Source: a virus (lineage: Duplodnaviria > Caudoviricetes). Taken from it: a DNA stretch of 64,000 bases. The notes beneath the pieces were generated by a model, which did not search any database, had not been told where the DNA came from, and was given only the letters and a program-made list of their open reading frames with translations. Location of the stretch: IMG/VR virus record IMGVR_UViG_3300023218_000062. The stretch is one strand, 5' to 3'. Shown piece by piece: positions 38,221-48,198 of this stretch; positions within the stretch are counted from its first letter, which is position 1, and each line of letters begins with the position of its first letter. The position numbers and the translations under genes are program-made.

Positions 38221-38262
38221 CTTAGTTTGTAACCAAGCTCTTTTTTATTGAGCTATGGGGGT
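38221..38262 (-). pseudogene. 5' tRNA fragment resembling tRNA-Arg(ACG)
   Basis: ACCCCCATAGCTCAATAAAAAAGAGC-CTTGG/CTAAG arm; no T arm. Confidence 0.45.
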
Positions 38263-38463
38263 ATGATTTTTATCCTAAAATTCTTCGTGGAATTCCATAG
38301 GCTTTCGCTATAGCTTTATTAAACTTTTCGATTAAATCGGTATAGTCTTTAGAACCTCTAGTATCATTTATTGTTCTAATATATTTATATTTCATTATCA
38401 TATCTTTATTTGATTCAGAACGATAGCGTCAACGCCATTTGCTCTTCGCCCCTGTCGTTAAAT

Positions 38464-38538
38464 TAGTGGGAACTTCAGGTTTCGCGCCTGCCCCCTGAGG
38501 CTTCAACTCAGCGCTTCCACTAGGTTAGCGTAGTTCCC
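38464..38538 (-). tRNA. tRNA-Phe(GAA), atypical T loop, ends CTA
   Basis: GGGAACT/AGTTCCC, CTGAG-TTGAAGC-CTCAG, T loop CGCGAAA. Confidence 0.7.
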
Positions 38539-38602
38539 CCATTATTTATTATTTATTATTTTTCATAATAGGCGTTTTTCCACAAGTTTGTATCTAGTTT
38601 TT

Positions 38603-39073
38603 TCATTTTGAAGATTTCAGTAGTTCTTCCACATCATTTATTAGTCTTTTATAATCTTTAAGTTCTACCATAAGAGAATAGATGATGAGTCGTGCAATAT
38701 CATTATCTAATTCTTCACTTAATCTTTCACCTTCATTTAGAAGGAAAGAATGGTCAAAGAAATTATATCCTTTAGCTACATATTCATCAAATAACTCTCC
38801 TATACTTTTTTCAGTTTTTATATTTTCTCCATCCTGTATTTTAGTTAAAGGTATAGAAATTAATTGGGTTGGAACGAATTCTTGTGGGAACATGGTGTTC
38901 TCGTTTTTAGGCCATCCTGTCAACAAAATACTTTCAATTGTGCCATTATTACTTCTAATTATTCGAAGGCTCAAATTATCAAAATTTTTTGAATTATATT
39001 CATTATTAAATAATTTTACTAAATCTTCTATGAATTCTGTCGTAGCTGTAATTTTATATTTCATGAGTGTCAA
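38603..39073 (-). CDS. hypothetical protein
   Basis: ORF track. Confidence 0.55.
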   Translation of the reverse strand: MTLMKYKITATTEFIEDLVKLFNNEYNSKNFDNLSLRIIRSNNGTIESILLTGWPKNENTMFPQEFVPTQLISIPLTKIQDGENIKTEKSIGELFDEYVAKGYNFFDHSFLLNEGERLSEELDNDIARLIIYSLMVELKDYKRLINDVEELLKSSK

Positions 39074-39142
39074 TCCTTATTTTTATGTTTTGCGGACAAA
39101 TATATCATGTTAGGTATATAATGTCAAACTTCATAATATTCT

Positions 39143-39343
39143 TTATTTGTATAATAATATATAAACAAAAAATGGCAAAAACATTATTGCTCCAATCACC
39201 TGAAAAATTGTTGCAATTGTATATACATTTGTATCGTTGACTCTTAGAATGTATTTTAATAATTGAAAATCTATACCCGGAATCCATACCATGATATATC
39301 CAATTAACATTACGAAAAGCATTATTCCGTCTATCGTATTCAT
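39143..39343 (-). CDS. small membrane protein
   Basis: two hydrophobic segments. Confidence 0.5.
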   Translation of the reverse strand: MNTIDGIMLFVMLIGYIMVWIPGIDFQLLKYILRVNDTNVYTIATIFQVIGAIMFLPFFVYILLYK

Positions 39344-39463
39344 TTTTATATCAAATCCTATATATTCAATTCTATAGGTTTGGATTTAGATATTTGTCTT
39401 CCTGTATATCTCCATTTGTAGTGTATAGTTAAAAACTCTATTATATCATTTTCTTTAATTTAT

Positions 39464-39539
39464 TGGCGGTACAGACCGGGTACGATCCGGCATCATCTTC
39501 CGTGACAGGGAAGTATTTTACCAATTAAACTACTGCACC
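39464..39539 (-). tRNA. tRNA-Asp(GTC)
   Basis: GGTGCAG/CTGTACC, CT-GTC-AC, G73, CCA. Confidence 0.9.
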
Positions 39540-39620
39540 GTACTTATTCCTTCTCTTGTCACACCAACTTCATATATTATTAGTATAATATTCATTTAAA
39601 TGTTCTTTAGCCCATTTTAA

Positions 39621-39692
39621 TTGTGGAGCTACGGGGTAACGATCCCCGCCATCGTGATTGCAAATCACAAGTCTGTCCCATACAGCAGCCCC
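39621..39692 (-). tRNA. atypical tRNA-Ala(TGC)
   Basis: G3:U70 and A73, TT-TGC-AA loop, short D arm, ends CAA. Confidence 0.55.
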
Positions 39693-39749
39693 ATTACTAT
39701 ATGACAATAATACCTCAACAGTTCAATATTGCCAAGGTGTTTTTAAAAA

Positions 39750-40327
39750 TGGTGTCACTGACACGATTCGAACGCGCATCCCGAATATCGTCACCATCCC
39801 ATCTTACATCGTATTTTTCATTCTACAAGAAGAATTCCATCCACGATTCCGCCCATTTATTTTTTATAGTGCTGATGGGGTCTCGTTCCCTCTTGCACTG
39901 TTCTTAAGCATAAAAAAGGCAGCTAAAAAAGCTGTCTTTTTGTCTTTTTATTTTGTAGAATATCTTTTACATTCTACTCCAACCTTCAGACAAAAAGGCA
40001 CTATTAGGCGCTTTCGCATCAAAAAAGCGTTAATTAATATCTCTATAACCTTCGGACGTAATTTCTCTTACGCCTTCACTAATTTTAGTTTTTCATTAAA
40101 TAAAGTCATTTTTATTTCTTTTTTATCCTTGTTATATTTATTTATGTTCATTTTCATTAAATCTGTGTGGGTTTACTTATTTATGATAACACCCGGTTTT
40201 ATAATAGAACCAATTGGTCCATCACCTGTTGGATCTATACTAATCATCCTAACCAGCCCTCTCGGGAGATACCGCCCCATCCTTCATTAGTGGCTCCAAG
40301 ACCTGATCCGTGTTCAATTCCAGCCAC
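39750..40327 (-). ncRNA. large tmRNA-like RNA (~580 nt)
   Basis: 3' ATATTCGGGATGCGCGTTCGAATCGTGTCAGTGACACCA; 5' GTGGCTG pairs with CAGTGAC (one mismatch); pk1-like GGGGCGGT; internal short ORF ending in a hairpin. Confidence 0.5.
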
Positions 40328-40458
40328 GCCGGTGTCATCATTAATGAACTTATGCCCGTCAATAATTATATCTGTACTCATAATTTATCTCCTTTAGTTT
40401 CTTATATCCTATCACGTTTATTTATGGTTGTCAATACTTTTTTACAACTTTTTGAATT

Positions 40459-40534
40459 TGGAGCGGCCAATCGGGCACGATCCGATAACCTGATGCTTGG
40501 AAGGCATCTGCTCTACCAATTGAGCTATAGCCGC
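40459..40534 (-). tRNA. tRNA-Gly(TCC)
   Basis: GCGGCTA/TGGCCGC, CT-TCC-AA, U73, CCA. Confidence 0.92.
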
Positions 40535-40560
40535 ATTTAAATTTAAATCTATTTATATAC

Positions 40561-40590
40561 TCTACAATGTTTAAATTGTTTTGTCAAGTT
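40561..40590 (-). promoter_or_regulatory. sigma70 promoter, near-duplicate of 41201..41230
   Basis: TTGACA-17 nt (ending TG)-TAGAGT. Confidence 0.7.
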
Positions 40591-40595
40591 AATAT

Positions 40596-41192
40596 TCAAT
40601 CGTTAAAGAAAATTGGCCAAGAATTGCCGTCTTCATTTAAACTAGGAAGTGTTCTATCAAACATTTCTAATGTATTATTTGGAGAACCTTCTATTAGTAC
40701 TCTCCAATCGGTTTGTTGAATATTGCTAATTTTATCATTTTTATTTTCATATTCTACCTTTTCACCTGTTTTAATATTTAACCATTGTAACTTAAACCGC
40801 TCTGATTTATTTAACTCATCATACAATGTTTTACCATCTTGAGTTAATGCACCATAATCAATAATGGATGATCCTAGTTTAGTCTTTACAAAAAATAATA
40901 ACCTTTTAACTAGAGATTTTTTTCTATGCTCTGGCAATGTATATGCTACCAATAATATATGGTTGTTATTTTTAACAGTTGTTTGTATAAAAGATAGTAC
41001 TTTAGGTTCCTTGTCCGCAGATAAAAAATAAAATGTAGTGTTTTTGTAAATCGATTTAAACACATAATAACTATCTAAATCTGCTATATATTCATTATTA
41101 TTTTCTAAATGTTTGATGGTATGTGTTATATCTGGAAAATGATTTAACATTAAAGTCATTTCCTTTAAGGATACAAGATCGTTTAGTTTCAT
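40596..41192 (-). CDS. GNAT-like fold hypothetical protein with head-targeting-like leader
   Basis: AYTLPEHRKKSLV, LTQDGKTLY; leader MKLNDLVSLKE. Confidence 0.55.
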   Translation of the reverse strand: MKLNDLVSLKEMTLMLNHFPDITHTIKHLENNNEYIADLDSYYVFKSIYKNTTFYFLSADKEPKVLSFIQTTVKNNNHILLVAYTLPEHRKKSLVKRLLFFVKTKLGSSIIDYGALTQDGKTLYDELNKSERFKLQWLNIKTGEKVEYENKNDKISNIQQTDWRVLIEGSPNNTLEMFDRTLPSLNEDGNSWPIFFND

Positions 41193-41200
41193 TATTATAT

Positions 41201-41230
41201 CCTACAATGTTTAACTTGTTTTGTCAAGTT
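41201..41230 (-). promoter_or_regulatory. sigma70 promoter (extended -10)
   Basis: TTGACA-17 nt (ending TG)-TAGGAT. Confidence 0.7.
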
Positions 41231-41841
41231 TTATTCATATGGGGAAAATTAGAATAATTAAGTTCAGGAAAGCTAGAATGTAAAAAGTTTAATAATTTAG
41301 ATGGTTTATCATCGTTTATATGATAGCATAAAAAATTATTTTTATCATTAAAAAATTTAAGTATATTATAATGGTGAGAAAACCATTCCATCTTCCAATA
41401 ATGTTTAACTTCATCATATGTTTCAAAATTTAATACTTTTCGATATCTTTCCATTAAATCGGAATGATTGACTCTGCTGGGTATCCAATCCTCTACATGT
41501 CTGGTATTTAATATATAATAAGAATCTGGATACCATTTATAAATGTAATCAAAATGTTTATACGGTTCAATAATTTCTTTTTCTGAAACAAATATCATGT
41601 CAGAAAATGCTATGATATTACTATAATTCTTGAATGGTTTTTCATTTAATTTTTTATTTTCAATGAAGAATTTGGCTATATTTCCACAATCCCAATGTAC
41701 CGACGATATGTCATTCTTTAGAAAGAATTCGTGAAAACTTGTGGTTCCACATTTGTTAAATCCGACTAAAAATATTTTACGATTTTTGGAATCTTTAACC
41801 AACATATTCTGCAAATTTTTCTGCAGACGACTTTGCATCAT
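41224..41841 (-). CDS. sulfotransferase-family protein
   Basis: KIFLVGFNKCGTTSF (5'-PSB loop), YILNTR..EDWIPSR; true start probably downstream of the annotated one. Confidence 0.85.
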   Translation of the reverse strand: MMQSRLQKNLQNMLVKDSKNRKIFLVGFNKCGTTSFHEFFLKNDISSVHWDCGNIAKFFIENKKLNEKPFKNYSNIIAFSDMIFVSEKEIIEPYKHFDYIYKWYPDSYYILNTRHVEDWIPSRVNHSDLMERYRKVLNFETYDEVKHYWKMEWFSHHYNILKFFNDKNNFLCYHINDDKPSKLLNFLHSSFPELNYSNFPHMNKT

Positions 41842-42070
41842 CTAAATTTTTAATGGTTTTTGTACCATGTTTATTATATGGTGTACTATCGCTACCGTAT
41901 TCAGGATCAAATATTTTATCACCTATTTTAAAACCTGCGACTGCACGATGACTCCATCCATACCATATTCCCTTATCTTCGTCAAGACCAGTAGGTCCTT
42001 TTCCTCTTTTAGTAATATTATATTTTTTTACAATGTCTTTAGTAGACTCAAATAGTTGTTGTAATTTCAT
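41795..42070 (-). CDS. hypothetical phage protein
   Basis: start MKLQQLFE; WYGWSHRAVAGF. Confidence 0.65.
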   Translation of the reverse strand: MKLQQLFESTKDIVKKYNITKRGKGPTGLDEDKGIWYGWSHRAVAGFKIGDKIFDPEYGSDSTPYNKHGTKTIKNLDDAKSSAEKFAEYVG

Positions 42071-42099
42071 ATTAATCTGCTTCCCATTCACCAAATGAA

Positions 42100-43053
42100 T
42101 TAAACGTTGCCAATCAATGGTGCTTTTCCATCATCGATAATGGTCCATCCTAAATCATTAATTAAATAATTTCTAGCATCTTCAACATTGTCGAATTGCC
42201 CGGATATATTAGAAAATGTTTCTGTGGAATATAAAATACCTTCCGCATTTAACGTTTTACCTGTTACAACACCACCACGATCATATATATTATTTGCCCA
42301 TCCAAGTAGTGTTCTCGCGTAATTTTCGGGCGACATTGCCGACTGAAAGAACATAGTATTAAGAATAGCATTTGGGTTTAATTCCCAATTTTCTAAAGAA
42401 AAATTAAAATCTGACGATTCAAACATTCCTGAAAGAATTATTACTGTTGAAACATCCCATTCAGAGACTGATTTCATGGCCGACTCTTGCCAATTAGTTG
42501 TATTTGAAAACATTTCCTCTGCCGATATGGGCATATTTGGGGGGAGCGCCTCAAAATCCTCAATGTTTAAAAGGCTTCTTCCCTTGAATACATCAGTTGC
42601 AAATACAAACTCAGAATACATTAATTCCCCAAATTTAAACGAAGTAATACGTTCAGAAAGACTATCTGATAATATTTTAACAAAAGATAGTATATTATCC
42701 GACGAAATTTTTATTATGTATTGGCCGGATTCATTATAACTATGGTTTCTAGATACGGCATTACCTGACAAAATTTCAACGTTCCCATCCCCCCAGTCAA
42801 TCTCAAATTCAGTATTACCACCAAATCCCATAATAAGACCGCCGATTTCCAAATCATTAGTTAGTGTTGTATCAATATGTATGGACATTGGAATTAGTTC
42901 TTCATGAAACTCACTTTCATTCCCTCGTATTCTGGAAGGTCTTAAATTATCATGAAAGTAGATAAAATTTTCAGAATCACCGACTGCATCTATAAAAGTT
43001 ATAACAGGTCTATTAGAGTCATTAGGATTATTGGGGCTATATACAATAGTCAC
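42100..43053 (-). CDS. PKD-like plus DUF285/BspA-type repeat protein
   Basis: IDWGDG, HSYNESGQY, WDVSTV..LSGMF. Confidence 0.8.
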   Translation of the reverse strand: MTIVYSPNNPNDSNRPVITFIDAVGDSENFIYFHDNLRPSRIRGNESEFHEELIPMSIHIDTTLTNDLEIGGLIMGFGGNTEFEIDWGDGNVEILSGNAVSRNHSYNESGQYIIKISSDNILSFVKILSDSLSERITSFKFGELMYSEFVFATDVFKGRSLLNIEDFEALPPNMPISAEEMFSNTTNWQESAMKSVSEWDVSTVIILSGMFESSDFNFSLENWELNPNAILNTMFFQSAMSPENYARTLLGWANNIYDRGGVVTGKTLNAEGILYSTETFSNISGQFDNVEDARNYLINDLGWTIIDDGKAPLIGNV

Positions 43054-43661
43054 ATTTATATACGCAATATTTTACATATATTTATATAAACCTAAACTTA
43101 TTTAAAAATGTTTTGACATAAGGAGGGGATATTCTTAAATAGTCATATATCGAAAATATTAATATAATCTCTTGTGGGCAAATATGTATCATTTTTTAAC
43201 CTCTTCGTTATTTGTTTTGTATAAAGATCTTATGGCGCTTACTGCAGAAATTGTTATTTTTTCCAGATTTCATTTTCTTTATAATTTTCATATGTCCATG
43301 GATGAAACTTAAACATCGGAACTATTTGGTCAATTTTTCTATCAACCATGCTTCTAATAAGATACATAAACAATTCAGGACACCGCACGAATACTCGCAA
43401 AAATTTACAATATCTCGGCCATACATTTTTATATTGTCAATTGCAGTCAATAGTCTAATACCTCTAAGATCTACGTCGTCAACCAATTGAGTAGGATTAA
43501 TTTTATCATTTTCAACATCTATCTATTAAACATGTTAGTGTGTGTACTGCCTCTGGATTATTATCTGATAATTTCACTATAGCGGATGTTTCTGTATCTT
43601 TTGCCATTAATCTATGCATTTTTTTAATTTCCTTATACTTAAAAATTCAATTCTGGTTATT

Positions 43662-43910
43662 CTATTTGACTTCATAATAATAAGGATGAACTCTATCATC
43701 ACACATCATACATTCAATTTCATTTATGGGAATTGCTTGTACATTTAAAACGTTATCGGTATTATTACCTAAAAATAACTTGTATCCTTCCAATGTTATA
43801 TTGGTTACTTCAAATTTTTGTTTATTACTCTTAAGAGAAAATCCACCAGTTTCATTTGGAAATGGTTTTACAGAAAATGATTGTGGTCGAAATTGTATTT
43901 TGTTATTCAT
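43662..43910 (-). CDS. hypothetical protein
   Basis: ORF track; coupled start. Confidence 0.55.
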   Translation of the reverse strand: MNNKIQFRPQSFSVKPFPNETGGFSLKSNKQKFEVTNITLEGYKLFLGNNTDNVLNVQAIPINEIECMMCDDRVHPYYYEVK

Positions 43911-44214
43911 GGCTGGGTTCCTTTTGTTTGTAATCTTTTAAAACTGCTACGTTTGAGTCCAAACCCTTTCGTTCTTTTTTGAATTCATGGGTGGTATTTT
44001 TTTTAGTTCTCTCATTATTTATTTCTTTTTTACTCGTTATCATTTTTCCGATTTCTTTTTTGTGTTCTGCTACAAAATCTGGCAGATCATCTTCAGATAT
44101 TGCCAACATTATAGCAATGGCATATGGTTCTAAAGCTTGAGTTAAGGAAATAATTTGTTTCTTATCTAATGCAAGTTTACTCCCATTGTCAAATTCTATC
44201 AAATGTTTAATCAT
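43903..44214 (-). CDS. hypothetical protein
   Basis: ORF track; ATGA overlap. Confidence 0.55.
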   Translation of the reverse strand: MIKHLIEFDNGSKLALDKKQIISLTQALEPYAIAIMLAISEDDLPDFVAEHKKEIGKMITSKKEINNERTKKNTTHEFKKERKGLDSNVAVLKDYKQKEPSHE

Positions 44215-45038
44215 AATAATTGACTTTCCTTTTTAAAATTTTCTAAAACAATACTGTTTACGTTTTTTATGACTTGATGTACATCCATTCCATACCACCC
44301 AGCACATGAAAATGAATTCAATTCAATTATTTTAGGGCCATTATCTGTCATTGCAATATCCATCGTATATAAATCATCTGGAGTCCAAGTAGTATGATTT
44401 ATTATATCTTTTGCAAACATGATGGCAGATGTGTCGGTGTTTTTATCTTGGACCATATTGTCATCAACCATATATCTTGAATAGTCTATTATTTCATTAT
44501 TTCCTATAAGAAATCTTGATTCTTCATATATTTTTTTGGGTGTAGATATGAGTATCATAGATTCAGGTGCTAAATTATATAAATTATTCATAACATTTAT
44601 GTCTGTATCAATGGACCTTTTTGGAATCACATTTCCGGTAAAAGATTTTATACCATCTAACGGTCTAAAGAATAAACTATCTTTTTGAAATAAATCGTAA
44701 TAATATATGGGGTCTGAAATAATATTTGAAAAGGTAGAGTATACATGATCATCATTCAAATACATACTGGAATCTCCAAAGAGAGACATATATACGTTTG
44801 TCTTAAAATTAAATTCATTAAAGTAGCAACCATAAAAACTTCTTAAGTTCCTAACAGCATTGACCGTCCCATACACTACTACTGGTTCAGTTGGTGAAAA
44901 TGGAATATCTTCTGAGCCACCTTGCATAAATGGTATATATTCAAATTCGAACAAATCTGTTTCTAATTTTTCAAATTCTTTTCTAGGTATTTTATTATTT
45001 TTGAATATGTGTTTATCGACTATCCACTTGACTTCCAT
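44211..45038 (-). CDS. ATP-grasp domain protein (DUF4343/R2K-like)
   Basis: FFRPLDGIKSFTG, EESRFLI, YTMDIA, IIELNSFSCAGWY. Confidence 0.85.
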   Translation of the reverse strand: MEVKWIVDKHIFKNNKIPRKEFEKLETDLFEFEYIPFMQGGSEDIPFSPTEPVVVYGTVNAVRNLRSFYGCYFNEFNFKTNVYMSLFGDSSMYLNDDHVYSTFSNIISDPIYYYDLFQKDSLFFRPLDGIKSFTGNVIPKRSIDTDINVMNNLYNLAPESMILISTPKKIYEESRFLIGNNEIIDYSRYMVDDNMVQDKNTDTSAIMFAKDIINHTTWTPDDLYTMDIAMTDNGPKIIELNSFSCAGWYGMDVHQVIKNVNSIVLENFKKESQLL

Positions 45039-45098
45039 TATAATATTCCTTTAATAATATTGACTCATTCTAATCTCATATTAGTTGAATGTCAACTA

Positions 45099-45596
45099 TC
45101 ATGTAGAAGCTTGGGCTAAATATTTCCAAAAATTATCGGGTTCATGATCTAAGTATATATATTTTTTTCTAACTCGTACCCAAAATGAGCGGTGTCCGTC
45201 CCTGAAATCAATATCTAAGTGCATCATGGGGCCGGGCTGGTTTCTATTTCTGATAGTGTCTAAATATACACCTATTCCTCCCCAATTGGGATTTTCGACA
45301 GCTTTTAACCAACAATCTCTAACATCCCCCCGTGGAAATACATCGGTAGCTTGGCCTAGTTCACCAGTATTAAAATTTATAAAATGTCTACTAGTTATAG
45401 AACCATCGGTACGTACCAGTCCTCTTGGGTGTTGTGAAGGAATAATAGGTTTACCATATGTTTCTCTTAAATCATCCAAATTTGATATGACTCTATAATC
45501 TACATATTTAAGTTCTTCTGGATTGGGCCATTCATTTATTGAAAAGTATTCAGCATAGCCTTTTTCAATAAATTCATATGCATTATTGTAATTCAT
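45099..45596 (-). CDS. peptidase M15-like endolysin
   Basis: R...S.TSRH, ATDVF, GGIGVY, MHLD. Confidence 0.75.
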   Translation of the reverse strand: MNYNNAYEFIEKGYAEYFSINEWPNPEELKYVDYRVISNLDDLRETYGKPIIPSQHPRGLVRTDGSITSRHFINFNTGELGQATDVFPRGDVRDCWLKAVENPNWGGIGVYLDTIRNRNQPGPMMHLDIDFRDGHRSFWVRVRKKYIYLDHEPDNFWKYLAQAST

Positions 45597-45792
45597 TTAT
45601 TACCTGCGTGTCGTTGTTAATTCTTAGCTTTACTTCACTCATCTTCTCTTTTCTATCATCGTCACTATAACTAGACCATTTAATTATTTCTTCTTTGGTT
45701 CTTTTGCATTCTGAACAAATGCCATCTACTAGATGGCATTCTGAACAAATGCCATCTACTAGATGGCATTTTCTTATACACGGAGATATCAT
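45583..45792 (-). CDS. DUF1289-like small Cys-rich protein
   Basis: SPCIRKC...C..C.RT.EEI.KW. Confidence 0.75.
   Translation of the reverse strand: MISPCIRKCHLVDGICSECHLVDGICSECKRTKEEIIKWSSYSDDDRKEKMSEVKLRINNDTQVINELQ
45706..45770. repeat. exact 30-bp in-frame tandem duplication
   Basis: gcattctgaacaaatgccatctactagatg x2 = CHLVDGICSE x2. Confidence 0.95.
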
Positions 45793-48092
45793 TAGATATC
45801 ACAACCTTTTGTTCCGACGCATGCTTGTGATGCAAGGGTATCGGCATCTGTATAAACCTGATGTTCTTCGACTACATTTTCCCAATCTATCTCTTCATAT
45901 TCTCTAGTTAAATCACACCATGTTTTCCACAATGATACATGTTTCAAACAATGAGTCATTTTTCTTATATTACCGTCGAAATATCGTTGAGCAAATTGTT
46001 TAGCTCTTCTCACCCAATCTCGTTTGGCGAACCACTCATCATATTCTTCTTTTTTAGTATAAAATTCGGCTACACTCTTACTTGTGGCTTTATTGGGAAA
46101 TGTGGGAACTTCATGTATCTCTTTTAAATCTTCACCAAAACCTAATGTAGTATCGCATGCCTTCCAGAGATTATTTCCAAACGCTGCCAGCCCATCTACA
46201 ATTAACCCGGATGCAAACACCGAAGCATTTCCATATTCTTTGAATAATTCATTTGGATTTAATACTGTGGCGAAAGGTGCTTGTGGATAGTCAAGATCTC
46301 CCGCTGCTGCGAGCAATGATATTCCTGTAAAATATGCACGGTTTTTGTATATATAATCACACACTTCATCCCATTCATCATCCTGCACCGTTATCGTGTT
46401 TGATACATTATGAGTAACGGTTTCATTTAAAGCTCTTTCAGGCATATTACCGGCAAGAACCCAATGCTTTTGAGCAGTCTTAACACTATCTAGAAGGCTT
46501 GTTGCGCTGATCTGGTTTTTAACAATGGACCCAGCCGGAACCTCGCATAAGAACGATATTACCTCATCAGTTTGATTGGCACTCCATACTGATTCTTCAA
46601 CTGCAATAGGATTGACTTCTTTAAATTTCTGTATAGGAAACTCTTGTTTGTTACCTTGAACTCTACGGATATATCTTTTTGCGTGGTGTGGGTGAATTCC
46701 TGATGCAGTTTTTAGAACACAACTGGTGCTTCCCGCTGGCTTACTGCAAGTTAGCCTAGCTGCAGGGTTTATTCCTATCATTTTGGCAATTTCTTCGTTC
46801 TTTTTCTTTATCTCTTTGGCACCCTTCTCTAATATTTTTTTATCAAACAATATATCCGGGTTATCCATCCAGCCTGTTATACTGCACCCTAATAATGCCT
46901 CATGCTTAACTATTTCTTCAGTCGTTTTCCCTAAATATGGGAAATCATTATAACCTGCTTGCAACGTGCCAATTATAGCGGAAGCTCGGCATGCCTCTAG
47001 AAATTTTTCTTCATCCGTACACCATTTACCATTTATTTCTGTAAGATTGCAGAAATTTACTCCACTATCTCCGTTTGGAAGTACTGGCCAGAATCCTATT
47101 TCGCAACATGGGTTGGTCGTTGTAGCGTAGTCATCGTCAACAAAGAAAAATCCGGGTTCACCGCATTGTTTTATGCTTTCAAATATTTCTTTGAATTCTG
47201 TTTTAGTAACATCCGACCTTTTAAGCACTACGGAGTTATTGCTCCTGCCTCGCTGCGGATTTGTTATGAACCAATCGCCAGTCTTAGCGTTCATCATTTG
47301 TTTGTCATCCTTGGAAAACAAACATATAGTCGCACTTCTTCTAAGACCGCCTGATATAACAAAATCGGATGCATGCATTAAAATGTCGTAACAATCTATG
47401 GGATTGAGTGGTATAGGGCCATCGGCATCTGCTAATCTAGACTCTATTAATTTTTTAATTTTTTCTAATCCTCTCTGTAATGGTTCAGGACCGGGGGCCT
47501 TGAATTGTCCTGCAATTAGGGATCCCTTTGGACGGATTTCGTCAAAATTAAATTGTACTGTTTTTCCGCTATATTCTGAGAATTCGCCACCATCTACAAA
47601 GTATGATGACAATAATACTCCAACAGCATCAGCCCACCCCTCACAAGAGTCTGGTACTGTAAAAGTTTTTATTGATTTTGCTTTATTATTTTTGAATATT
47701 TTTGGGAGTTTACGTATGTGATGTTTCTGAACAGAAAACCCTACTCCACATCCTGCCAAGAGCAACCACACAACTTGCTGGAAAGATCTAGGTTTATCAA
47801 CTAATAGAGAGCTACAGTTATATATTCTTTCATTGCGCTTGAGTATGTGTTCCCCACCGTATTGAAGGGCTCGTTGAGCCCCCAAAACCCGTTTCTTTTT
47901 AACTTGACCTTCTGCAAACTCTAATTCTTTTTGTAATTCTGGACTTTTTATTAATATGTCAGAATATTTTTCCCTATGCATTTCGAAAACTCTATCTACT
48001 GCTTCTGTCCATGTTTCTCGTCTTTGTTTCTCTGGAAGGTAATTGGCGTATTTGGCATAAAAAGTGTAATCTGATAGGGCTTTAACTGACAT
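45792..48092 (-). CDS. ribonucleotide reductase large/catalytic subunit (RTPR-like; class not settled)
   Basis: RRETW, YNCS, GCGVGFSV, NPCCEI, CNLTEIN, KPAGS, C-terminal CxxxxC; no beta-subunit gene in the window. Confidence 0.9.
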   Translation of the reverse strand: MSVKALSDYTFYAKYANYLPEKQRRETWTEAVDRVFEMHREKYSDILIKSPELQKELEFAEGQVKKKRVLGAQRALQYGGEHILKRNERIYNCSSLLVDKPRSFQQVVWLLLAGCGVGFSVQKHHIRKLPKIFKNNKAKSIKTFTVPDSCEGWADAVGVLLSSYFVDGGEFSEYSGKTVQFNFDEIRPKGSLIAGQFKAPGPEPLQRGLEKIKKLIESRLADADGPIPLNPIDCYDILMHASDFVISGGLRRSATICLFSKDDKQMMNAKTGDWFITNPQRGRSNNSVVLKRSDVTKTEFKEIFESIKQCGEPGFFFVDDDYATTTNPCCEIGFWPVLPNGDSGVNFCNLTEINGKWCTDEEKFLEACRASAIIGTLQAGYNDFPYLGKTTEEIVKHEALLGCSITGWMDNPDILFDKKILEKGAKEIKKKNEEIAKMIGINPAARLTCSKPAGSTSCVLKTASGIHPHHAKRYIRRVQGNKQEFPIQKFKEVNPIAVEESVWSANQTDEVISFLCEVPAGSIVKNQISATSLLDSVKTAQKHWVLAGNMPERALNETVTHNVSNTITVQDDEWDEVCDYIYKNRAYFTGISLLAAAGDLDYPQAPFATVLNPNELFKEYGNASVFASGLIVDGLAAFGNNLWKACDTTLGFGEDLKEIHEVPTFPNKATSKSVAEFYTKKEEYDEWFAKRDWVRRAKQFAQRYFDGNIRKMTHCLKHVSLWKTWCDLTREYEEIDWENVVEEHQVYTDADTLASQACVGTKGCDI

Positions 48093-48198
48093 GAAAAATC
48101 TCCTTATTTTTGTCTATATATTTGCTGGGTAAGGTTTATTTATTTTCTATAAAACGTAAAGCTAAAATACTTTAATAAACATACCTTTAGTTTTGCAA

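Noticed and set aside
39658-40290. 210-aa plus-strand ORF
   Set aside because: Antisense to tRNAs and the tmRNA-like RNA, no SD, low-complexity F/L/I composition
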